Positions 1 through 7,876 of a stretch of 19,548 nucleotides of DNA are shown piece after piece. The notes under the pieces are model-generated. The model was not told the origin of the DNA. It did not search any database and saw only the letters and a program-made list of their open reading frames with translations. How positions within the stretch are numbered: the first letter of the stretch is position 1; every line of letters begins with the position of its first letter. The stretch is from Hormoscilla sp. (GTDB lineage: Bacteria; Cyanobacteriota; Cyanobacteriia; Cyanobacteriales; Desertifilaceae), in NCBI GenBank assembly GCA_051439505.1, contig JBFRWI010000131.1, positions 1 through 19,548 of the forward strand. Direction: 5' to 3'. Made by a program: the position numbers and the translations under genes.

Positions 1-297
1 AACTCCGGACGCAGCTTTGACGATATTGCTGCAAATCCCAATCGGATTGCGATCTCTACCTCTGGGACGGCGACGTCGGTGACTATCAGCATTGCCGATA
101 ATGGTACGGGGATGCCAGAAGAGGTGAAACAACGCATCTTCGAGCAAGGGTTTACTACTAAAGCGGTAGGCAAAGGGACGGGGTTGGGTATGGCGATCGC
201 TAAGTCTATTGTCGAAGAAAAACATGGCGGTGCGATTACCTGCGATTCCACACCCGGACTGGGCACAACCTTTACGATCGCCCTCCCGATCGCGTAA
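1..297 (+). CDS. 3' end of a sensor histidine kinase (HATPase_c domain), truncated by the window start
   Basis: The frame is open from base 1 ([37 protein letters not shown]...). It contains the G1 box DNGTG, F box IFEQGFTTK and G2 box GKGTGLG, and ends at TAA 295-297. The ORF-track start at 79 is internal. Confidence 0.93.
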   Translation, partial: NSGRSFDDIAANPNRIAISTSGTATSVTISIADNGTGMPEEVKQRIFEQGFTTKAVGKGTGLGMAIAKSIVEEKHGGAITCDSTPGLGTTFTIALPIA

Positions 298-340
298 AAT
301 TTTGCTGCTATTTTATAAATATATAGGGCGCTCGCCCAAG

Positions 341-366
341 GGAAGAGGCAGCTAGCGGCCTCTTCC
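341..366. terminator. GC-rich hairpin after the first kinase gene; possible terminator or RNA-stabilising stem
   Basis: GGAAGAGGC (341-349) pairs perfectly with GCCTCTTCC (358-366). There is no clear U-tract. Confidence 0.4.
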
Positions 367-454
367 TCGATCGGATATGATGGGGTGGCAGACTCCCCCT
401 ATTCGGTATTGACAGACATCTGTAATAAAAATTAATCTTCTGCTACCGGGATAA

Positions 455-463
455 TGGTAGAAT
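455..463 (+). promoter_or_regulatory. Candidate extended -10 promoter for the Ser/Thr-His kinase gene
   Basis: TGgTAGAAT matches TGnTAnnnT, about 50 nt upstream of the start. Confidence 0.35.
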
Positions 464-513
464 AACGTGAGAAATCAACTTGTACGACGGCTTGACCTTA
501 TTGAGATGCGATC

Positions 514-3500
514 GTGATGCTAAAATTAGCTGGTTATCTGACAACAAACATTCTCTACGACGGCACCCGCACCCAAGTATATCGCGGCAGGCGCAGTAGC
601 GATGGCCAACCGGTCATAATCAAAGTCCTGCGCAACCCCAACCCCACCTTTAAGGAGTTAGTCCAGTTCCGCAATCAATACGTAATTACCCGGAACCTGG
701 ACCATCGGGCGATCGTCCGACCCCTGGCCCTGGAACGCTACGGGAATGGTTATGCCCTGGTGATGCCCGATGATGGGGCGATCGGCCTTTGGGACTATTG
801 GCAAGAGTCGGACCGGTCTAGAGCAGAATTTCTCTCGATTGCTATTGGACTGGCCGATGCTCTGCATTATCTCACAAGAGAGCGCATCATCCACAAAGAT
901 ATCAAACCAGCGAATATCCTGATTCACCCGGAAACCCGCAAGGTACAACTGATCGACTTCAGCATATCTAGTTTGCTGCCCCTCGAACAGCAACAACTGC
1001 TAAACCCCAATGTCCTGGAAGGAACCCTCGCCTATATTTCGCCGGAACAAACGGGACGCATGAACCGGGGCATCGATTATCGCACGGATTTCTATTCCCT
1101 TGGCGTGACGTTTTTTGAACTCCTAACTGGGTTTTTACCCTTTGCAAGTAGCGACCCGATGGAGTTGGTGCATTGCCATATTGCCCAGGCGGTGCAGTTT
1201 CCAGTGGATTCTCAAGTGGACGAAGTGTTGCAGGCGATCGTGCTAAAAATGATGGCGGAAAATGCCGAAAACCGCTATCAGAGTGCTTTGGGTTTGAAAC
1301 AGGATCTTTCCCAATGCTTGCAGCAGTTGGAAGTCACGGGAACGATTGCAAGTTTTGCATTAGGGACGCGGGATGCGTGCGATCGCTTCATCATTCCCGA
1401 AAAACTATACGGAAGGGAAGCTGAAGTGCAAAGGCTACTTGATGCGTTCGATCGCATGTCGGCGGGTGCAACAGAAATGATGCTAGTGGCGGGATTTTCC
1501 GGGATCGGGAAAACTGCTGTAATTAATGAGGTGCATAAGCCGATCGCGCGTCAGAGGGGCTACTTTATCAAAGGTAAATTCGACCAATTCAATCGCAACA
1601 TTCCCTTCAGTGCCTTCGTGCAAGCCTTCCGAGACCTGATGAGGCAATTACTCGGATCGGACGATGGCGAATTGCAAGAGTGGAAAGCGAAAATCCTAGA
1701 AGCAGTGGGAGAAAACGGGCAAGTAATCATTGATGTCATTCCCGAACTCGAAGGCATCATTGGATCGCAGCCCCCCGCCCCCGAACTCTCTGGCAGTGCC
1801 GCCCAGAACCGCTTTAACCTCTTATTTGAGAAATTTATCGCCGTCTTCACCACAAAAGATCATCCCTTAACGATCTTTATCGATGACTTGCAATGGGCGG
1901 ACTCGGCATCGTTAAACTTGATGAAAGTGCTGATGGGGGACTCTCAGACGGGATATTTGCTCCTGTTGGGAGCCTATCGAGATAACGAAGTATTTCCAGC
2001 CCATCCGTTGATGTTATCTTTGGAGGAATTAGAGAAACAAAAAACAACAATTTCGACCATGACGATCGCTCCATTGTCTGTCGATAATATCAATCAATTG
2101 GTAGCTGAAACACTCAGCATTGCGGGATATTTAGCCGCTTCTTTAACAAATTTAGTCTATCAAAAAACTAGAGGCAATCCATTCTTTACCACTCAGTTCT
2201 TAAAAGGATTGCATGAAGATGGGTTAATTACATTTAACCATAATTTGGGATATTGGGAATGCGATTTGGTGAAGGTGCGAGATGCCGCTCTCACCGATGA
2301 TGTGGTGGAATTTATGGCCGGACGGTTGCACAAGTTGCCGGAAGAGACGCAAGAGGTGTTGAAATTGGCAGCTTGTATCGGCAATCAATTTGACTTAGAG
2401 ACCTTAGCCATTATCTGCGAAACCCCTTCCGAAGAAGTCGCCACAGATCTGTGGAGCGCCCTGGGAGAAGGACTGATTTTACCCCAGAGCGAAGCCTACA
2501 AGTTTTTCCAAGGATGGGAAAAAGACGAAGGTCAAGGCTCCGGGTACCAAGTGGATTATCGCTTCTTGCACGATCGCGTTCAACAAGCTGCCTATACCCT
2601 CATTCCCAAGGATCTCCAGCAGGCAACCCACTTAAGCATCGGACGAAGATTGTTGGAGACGACCCCATCAACCGAGTTGGAACAGCAAATATTTATCATT
2701 GTCAATCAGTTGAACTTGGGAAGTGCCAATATTGAGACAGTTGCAGAGCGAATGCAACTGGTATATATAAATTTAACTGCCGCTAAGAAAGCGCGTCTCT
2801 CATCAGCTTACGATGCAGCCTTTGATTACTGCCAAGCCGCATTGGATAATGCAGGCAATCAACTGTGGCAAGACAATTTCTCCTTGGCTCTCAATTTGCA
2901 TATGGAGAGTGCCAATGCTGCTTGTTCGATTGGGAATTTCGATCTCGTCAATAGCCTCGTAAATGATATTTTAAGTCGAACCGATTTAATTATAGAACGA
3001 GCGGGAGCGATCGCCATTCGCATTCAAGCCGAGATCGCCCGCAATGCTCTATCCGAAGCAATTTATACCGCGCGATCGCTCCTGTCTGACCTCGGGATAA
3101 CCTTACCTGAAAATGCTACCCAAGAGGAAACGGACTCGGCGATCGCCACAGTGCGTCAGCAGTTAATGGATATCGGTGATGTTGGGAAACTCCCACCCAT
3201 GACCGATCCGGAAAAACTGGCGGCGATCGAGATTCTCAGTAATATGGCATCTGCGGCTTACATTGGATTTCCGTCCCTTTATCCCTCCATTGTGTTAAAG
3301 CAGATCGAACTGTCTTTACAATTTGGATATGCATCCGAAACAGCTTATGCTTTTTCCACTTATGGCTTGATTTTATCGGCCTTCGGTGGCGATCCCATCG
3401 GGGGTAACCAAGCGGCAGATATTGCTCTGTTACTTCTCGAAAAAAACAATAGCAACACCTATCAAGCGAAAATTTTAAATTTGATTTATTGCTTCATACG

Positions 3501-5832
3501 AGTCTGGCGCGATCCATTAGCTACCGGCCTAGTTCCGCTTCAACAAGGATACCAAGCTGGTTTGTCATCTGGGGATTTAGAATTTGCAGCATACTGCGGA
3601 TACAACCATTGTCAACTTGCCTTCCATGCCGGTGAAAATCTCCTGAATCTGCGAGATAAGATGGCTGATTACGGTCATGCCATAGACCGTCTCAAGCAGA
3701 CAACAGCCCTGAATTTTCACCAGATAGGTCAGCAAGCCGTACTCAATTTTACGGGGGAAAGTGACAATCAACAACTACTGCTCGGCCCTATCTATGACGA
3801 AAGGATACGACTCCCACAACATGAAGCGGCAGGCGATCGCTTTTCCACGGGAAGTGCCTTCGTTCACAAGCTCCTGCTAGCATATCACTTGGCTCCACCC
3901 CGAATAACTGTCAATGTCGCCCGGCAAGCGGAGGCAGAATTCGCCAATGTTGCGGGAACAATATTAGTAGGGGTATTTTACTTTTACCATGCCCTAGCTC
4001 TGCTGGGTTGGATGCAATACATAGATAGCAGTCCCGAGACAGATACCACAGAAACGATCGCAGTAGAGATCGAAGGAGACTTGGAAAAATTGCAAGGTTT
4101 TGCAGTGCAATCCCCCACTACCTTTACCCATAAATGGGAACTGGTCCAAGCGGAACAAGAACGGCTCGGGGGAGGAAAGTTAGCAGCAATAGAGTTATAC
4201 GATCGGGCCATAGCAGGAGCGAAAGAAAACGGCTACATCCAAGAAGAAGCCCTCGCCAACGAACTGGCCGCCAAGTTTTACCTCGGTGAGGGCAAAGAAA
4301 AAGTCGCATCGGGCTATATGCAGGAAGCGTATTATTGCTATGCCCGTTGGGGAGCGAAAGCCAAGACCGACCAACTAGAAACGCAATATCCCCAACTGCT
4401 TGGGAGCATCCTGCAACAAACCCAAGCACCCCTTAAAATAGACCAAACCCTAAGTACGACCCAAAGCCTCGGCACTGCAACTTCGGACTCCTCAGTTCTA
4501 GATCTGGCCTCTGCCCTCAAAGCCTCTCAAGCGATATCGGAGGAAATTTCTCTGGATGCCTTGCTCTCTAAATTGATGCACATCGTCGTCGAAAATGCTG
4601 GGGCTGACCGAGGCTCCTTAATTTTAAACCACTCCGGCACTTGGGTTCTTGCCGCCCAATGGGCAAACCGCCTCACTCACCTAGCTAACATCGCCCTCGA
4701 CGATGCCGACCGCCTGCCCCTGAGCATTATTAACACCGTCAAACGCACCCAACAAACTCTCCTCATCAACGACATCGACCAAGACAAGACCTTCCCTGGA
4801 GATCCTTATTTAATACAACAGCAACCCTTATGTTTGTTCTGCACTCCCATCCTGCACCAAGGTAAACTCATTGGCATCCTCTACCTAGAAAATAACCTGA
4901 CAGCAGGGGCCTTCACCACAGACCGCATCGAAGTTCTCAACCTCCTGACTGCCCAAGCTGCGATCTCCATTGAAAACGCCCAACTCTACAACACTCTCGA
5001 ACAAAAAGTCCAACAGCGCACCGCCGAACTCTCTGTTGCTCTCGAAAACCTCAAAGCTACCCAAAAACAACTGGTGGAGTCGGAAAAAATGGCCGCCTTG
5101 GGCGGGCTAGTTGCCGGAGTTGCCCACGAAATCAACACCCCGATCGGCACCAGCATTACTGTCGCCTCTACCCTGGCCGACGAAACCCAAAGCTTCATTA
5201 ATGCGGTCAAGCAAGGACAACTCAAACGTTCCGTGCTCAACAACTATCTAGACCTGGCGGACCAAAGCACGCAACTGATGCTGAGTAACTTGCATCGGGC
5301 CGGAGAATTAATCGGTAGCTTCAAACAAATTGCCACAGATCAAAGCAACCTAGAACAGCGACGCTTTCACCTGAAAGAATACCTGGAAGAAGTGGCCCTG
5401 AGTTTGGCTCCCCAACTCAAGCAGACTCCCCATACTCTCGCGGTAGCAGGGGACTCTGACATTACCATTGAGAGCTATCCAGGGGCCTTGGCTCAAATTG
5501 TCACCAATTTAGTCACCAACTCCCTAACCCATGGATATCCATCGTCAGAGGTAGGACAGTTGCGCTTGGAAATTCGCCTAGACGGTGATAAGGTACAGGT
5601 AGAGTATAGCGATGATGGTTGCGGGATCTCCCAGGATCATTTGGGCAAAATCTTCGAGCCGTTTTTCACCACGGCCAGAAACAAAGGAGGAACGGGTTTG
5701 GGACTGCATATAGTATATAATTTAGTCACGCAGAAGTTGCTGGGGACAATAGAGGTGTCCAGCGAGGTGGGTAAGGGCACGAGATTTGTGATAACCCTGC
5801 CTCTCTCTATGAATGTGGTCAAAACCCGTTGA
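514..5832 (+). CDS. Trifunctional Ser/Thr protein kinase / AAA ATPase / GAF / histidine kinase (HstK-like)
   Basis: Hanks kinase motifs IIKVL, HKDIKPANILI, DFS and GTLAYISPEQTG. Walker A GFSGIGKT and Walker B IFIDDLQWAD. Helical TPR-like middle region. GAF (LIGILYLENN...QAAISIENAQLY). H-box VAHEINTP and HATPase DDGCG / FEPFFTT / GTGLGL. Start is GTG 514 or ATG 517. Confidence 0.96.
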   Translation: MMLKLAGYLTTNILYDGTRTQVYRGRRSSDGQPVIIKVLRNPNPTFKELVQFRNQYVITRNLDHRAIVRPLALERYGNGYALVMPDDGAIGLWDYWQESDRSRAEFLSIAIGLADALHYLTRERIIHKDIKPANILIHPETRKVQLIDFSISSLLPLEQQQLLNPNVLEGTLAYISPEQTGRMNRGIDYRTDFYSLGVTFFELLTGFLPFASSDPMELVHCHIAQAVQFPVDSQVDEVLQAIVLKMMAENAENRYQSALGLKQDLSQCLQQLEVTGTIASFALGTRDACDRFIIPEKLYGREAEVQRLLDAFDRMSAGATEMMLVAGFSGIGKTAVINEVHKPIARQRGYFIKGKFDQFNRNIPFSAFVQAFRDLMRQLLGSDDGELQEWKAKILEAVGENGQVIIDVIPELEGIIGSQPPAPELSGSAAQNRFNLLFEKFIAVFTTKDHPLTIFIDDLQWADSASLNLMKVLMGDSQTGYLLLLGAYRDNEVFPAHPLMLSLEELEKQKTTISTMTIAPLSVDNINQLVAETLSIAGYLAASLTNLVYQKTRGNPFFTTQFLKGLHEDGLITFNHNLGYWECDLVKVRDAALTDDVVEFMAGRLHKLPEETQEVLKLAACIGNQFDLETLAIICETPSEEVATDLWSALGEGLILPQSEAYKFFQGWEKDEGQGSGYQVDYRFLHDRVQQAAYTLIPKDLQQATHLSIGRRLLETTPSTELEQQIFIIVNQLNLGSANIETVAERMQLVYINLTAAKKARLSSAYDAAFDYCQAALDNAGNQLWQDNFSLALNLHMESANAACSIGNFDLVNSLVNDILSRTDLIIERAGAIAIRIQAEIARNALSEAIYTARSLLSDLGITLPENATQEETDSAIATVRQQLMDIGDVGKLPPMTDPEKLAAIEILSNMASAAYIGFPSLYPSIVLKQIELSLQFGYASETAYAFSTYGLILSAFGGDPIGGNQAADIALLLLEKNNSNTYQAKILNLIYCFIRVWRDPLATGLVPLQQGYQAGLSSGDLEFAAYCGYNHCQLAFHAGENLLNLRDKMADYGHAIDRLKQTTALNFHQIGQQAVLNFTGESDNQQLLLGPIYDERIRLPQHEAAGDRFSTGSAFVHKLLLAYHLAPPRITVNVARQAEAEFANVAGTILVGVFYFYHALALLGWMQYIDSSPETDTTETIAVEIEGDLEKLQGFAVQSPTTFTHKWELVQAEQERLGGGKLAAIELYDRAIAGAKENGYIQEEALANELAAKFYLGEGKEKVASGYMQEAYYCYARWGAKAKTDQLETQYPQLLGSILQQTQAPLKIDQTLSTTQSLGTATSDSSVLDLASALKASQAISEEISLDALLSKLMHIVVENAGADRGSLILNHSGTWVLAAQWANRLTHLANIALDDADRLPLSIINTVKRTQQTLLINDIDQDKTFPGDPYLIQQQPLCLFCTPILHQGKLIGILYLENNLTAGAFTTDRIEVLNLLTAQAAISIENAQLYNTLEQKVQQRTAELSVALENLKATQKQLVESEKMAALGGLVAGVAHEINTPIGTSITVASTLADETQSFINAVKQGQLKRSVLNNYLDLADQSTQLMLSNLHRAGELIGSFKQIATDQSNLEQRRFHLKEYLEEVALSLAPQLKQTPHTLAVAGDSDITIESYPGALAQIVTNLVTNSLTHGYPSSEVGQLRLEIRLDGDKVQVEYSDDGCGISQDHLGKIFEPFFTTARNKGGTGLGLHIVYNLVTQKLLGTIEVSSEVGKGTRFVITLPLSMNVVKTR

Positions 5833-5856
5833 TAAAAATATCGATCCTCTAGCCCC

Positions 5857-5963
5857 CCGATCCCCCCTTCGGCTGCGCTCAGGGACCACCCAAACCCCCC
5901 TCGTTACGAGGCTCTGCCCCTCGTTACGAGGCTCTGCCTTGTAACGGAAAGGGGGGGTTTGGG
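5857..5963. repeat. Nested mosaic of short palindromic dispersed repeats
   Basis: Outer arms CCCAAACCCCCC (5889-5900) and GGGGGGTTTGGG (5952-5963). Perfect 20-bp tandem CCTCGTTACGAGGCTCTGCC at 5899-5918 and 5919-5938. Hairpin CGTTACGAGGC-TCT-GCCTTGTAACG (5922-5946). CCCTTCGGCTGCGCTCAGGG unit at 5865-5884. Confidence 0.85.
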
Positions 5964-6012
5964 ATTCTCTCTCTATTAATGAATAGGTAATTCTGAAGGT
6001 AATTAACAAAAA

Positions 6013-7476
6013 ATGACCCTCGACAAGGATAAAACATACAATAATAATCCTCTGAATGTAGTTGAAGATGATGAAGATGAAATATTATTCCTAGAAGATG
6101 ACGACCTCATTATTCTAGCGGAGGATGAAGGAATTACCGTTGAAGATGCCTCCAATCACTCCGTACTGATAGAAGGCAAAAAAGAACCTTGGAAAATGAT
6201 GATTGTGGATGACGAACCGACGGTTCATCAAGCCACTGAATTAGCTTTGAAAAACTTTGTTTTTGAAGGCACGCCTCTGGACTTAATTCATGCATATTCC
6301 GGTTCCCAAGCCCAGAAGTTAATCCCAGCGCATTCAGATCTTGCCTTAATTTTGCTGGATGTGGTGATGGAAAGCAATGATGCTGGCCTCAAGGTGGTTC
6401 ACTATATTCGCGATGACCTGAAGAATAAACAAGTGCAGATTATTTTGCGCACGGGTCAACCGGGGGAAGCTCCCGAAGAGTCAGTCATCCGCAAGTATGA
6501 GATTAACGACTACAAACTGAAGGTGGAACTGACCCGACAGCGGTTGATTGCTACAACGATCGCGGCCCTGCGAGCCTACCGGAATGTGCTAGCTGTCGAA
6601 GAAAAAACCAGGGATCTGACCCAAACATTAAAAACCTTGCAGGAAATGCAACTGCAACTGGTGCAAAGCGAAAAAATGTCGGCTTTGGGTAATTTAGTGG
6701 CTGGAGTCGCTCATGAGATTAATAATCCTACTAGCTTTTTGCAGGGCAATATTCAACCAGCCATCAATTATGTACGCTCCTTACTAAGTTTAATTGAATT
6801 GTGTCAGAATAAACTGCCAGAACAGGATGAAGAAATAGAAGCAAAAATCGAAAAAATTGACCTGGAATTTATCCGAGAAGATCTACCAAAATTGCTAGAA
6901 TCGATGCATATAGGGGTCGAGCGCATTCGCAATATCAGCAACAGCTTACGGACATTTTCGCGCAAAGATCAAGAGCATAAGACGGGATTCAATATCCATG
7001 AAGGGATTGATAGTACATTGCTCATTCTCACCCATCGCACCAAAGCCAACCAGCAACGCCCGGCCATTAAAATCATCAAAGAATATGCAGACATTCCCGA
7101 GGTGCAATGCTTCCCCGGGCAACTGAATCAAGTGTTCATGAACCTATTGGCTAACGCTATAGATGCTTTTGACGAGGCGAATAAAGGCAAAACTTATGCC
7201 GAGATTAAGGCGAACCAGAACACCATCACTATTCACACTTCCATGGTGGATATGCGGGTAATTATTCAGATTAAAGACAATGGTTGTGGGATGAAGCCAG
7301 AGACAAAAGGGCGAATTTTTGAGCAGGGTTTCACGACGAAAGCAGTGGGTAAAGGTACGGGGCTGGGAATGGCTATCGCGCACCAAATCGTTACGGAAAA
7401 ACATGGCGGTACGATAACCTGCGATTCCACACCAGGAGAAGGTACAACCTTTACAATTAAGCTCCCGCTCGGGTAA
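6013..7476 (+). CDS. Receiver-domain / histidine kinase hybrid (REC-HisKA-HATPase_c)
   Basis: Acidic N-terminal tail. Receiver motifs MIVDDEP, LLDVVME (phospho-Asp), RTGQPG and DYKLK. H-box VAHEINNP, N box QVFMNLLANAIDA, DNGCG and GKGTGLG. Confidence 0.95.
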   Translation: MTLDKDKTYNNNPLNVVEDDEDEILFLEDDDLIILAEDEGITVEDASNHSVLIEGKKEPWKMMIVDDEPTVHQATELALKNFVFEGTPLDLIHAYSGSQAQKLIPAHSDLALILLDVVMESNDAGLKVVHYIRDDLKNKQVQIILRTGQPGEAPEESVIRKYEINDYKLKVELTRQRLIATTIAALRAYRNVLAVEEKTRDLTQTLKTLQEMQLQLVQSEKMSALGNLVAGVAHEINNPTSFLQGNIQPAINYVRSLLSLIELCQNKLPEQDEEIEAKIEKIDLEFIREDLPKLLESMHIGVERIRNISNSLRTFSRKDQEHKTGFNIHEGIDSTLLILTHRTKANQQRPAIKIIKEYADIPEVQCFPGQLNQVFMNLLANAIDAFDEANKGKTYAEIKANQNTITIHTSMVDMRVIIQIKDNGCGMKPETKGRIFEQGFTTKAVGKGTGLGMAIAHQIVTEKHGGTITCDSTPGEGTTFTIKLPLG

Positions 7477-7599
7477 AATATTGCTGCTATTTTATCATTC
7501 TAGATGTTGACTGATGCGGGTGCATTGAGATGCAGGCACGGGCGAAGCATACCGTTCCGGAAAAATCGGATATAATATTTGTCGTTTTCTGTCATAATT

Positions 7600-7622
7600 G
7601 ATCGCTCCTTAGCGGGGCGATC
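7600..7622. terminator. Hairpin between convergent kinase genes, built from HIP1-like arms
   Basis: GATCGCTCC-TTAGC-GGGGCGATC forms a 9-bp stem with one G-U pair. Confidence 0.3.
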
Positions 7623-7663
7623 GGGAAAATTTTCGATCTAGTTTTAATTTTCTTCCTTGTCCG

Positions 7664-7786
7664 ACGTGAGTTCGACGGATGAGAAAACCCTGATTTCTCA
7701 TCCGGTTGAAAATGCCTCAAACCCGCATGATTGCGTTCGGGAGATCCCCAACTACGAACTACGAACTACGAACTACGAACTCACGT
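7664..7786. mobile_element. 123-bp MITE (non-autonomous element)
   Basis: Perfect 11-bp terminal inverted repeats ACGTGAGTTCG (7664-7674) and CGAACTCACGT (7776-7786). Direct repeat TGTCCG immediately outside (7658-7663 and 7787-7792). Internal 11-bp hairpin CGGATGAGAAA/TTTCTCATCCG (7676-7704). Confidence 0.85.
7750..7781 (+). repeat. Heptamer tandem repeat (AACTACG) x4.5, STRR-like
   Basis: AACTACG starts at 7750, 7757, 7764 and 7771, followed by AACT. The array runs into the right TIR of the MITE. Confidence 0.95.
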
Positions 7787-7876
7787 TGTCCGGACGCAGT
7801 AACAGGCGATCGCAGGTATCTTTCTGTATTCAACGTACTTAAGTTTCTTTTGAATTCAAAATAGCGATCGCCCTCA

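Noticed and set aside
409..437. TTGACA -35 box upstream of the Ser/Thr-His kinase gene
   Set aside because: There is no acceptable -10 hexamer at 16-18 nt spacing.
2600..4120. Possible swapped central helical region in the Ser/Thr-His kinase
   Set aside because: It looks more divergent than the flanks from memory of homologs, but this cannot be supported without an alignment.
5722..6009. 95-aa minus-strand ORF
   Set aside because: It reads through the repeat mosaic and antisense to the kinase 3' end, with no protein features.
217..7495. Diversity-generating retroelement TR/VR pair (217-316 vs 7396-7495)
   Set aside because: Only 9 of 15 mismatches have A in the second copy. Both copies are coding kinase tails, and no reverse transcriptase is present in the window.
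7657..7842. 61-aa ORF with YELRTTNYEL repeats
   Set aside because: It is a chance translation of the MITE and its heptamer array.
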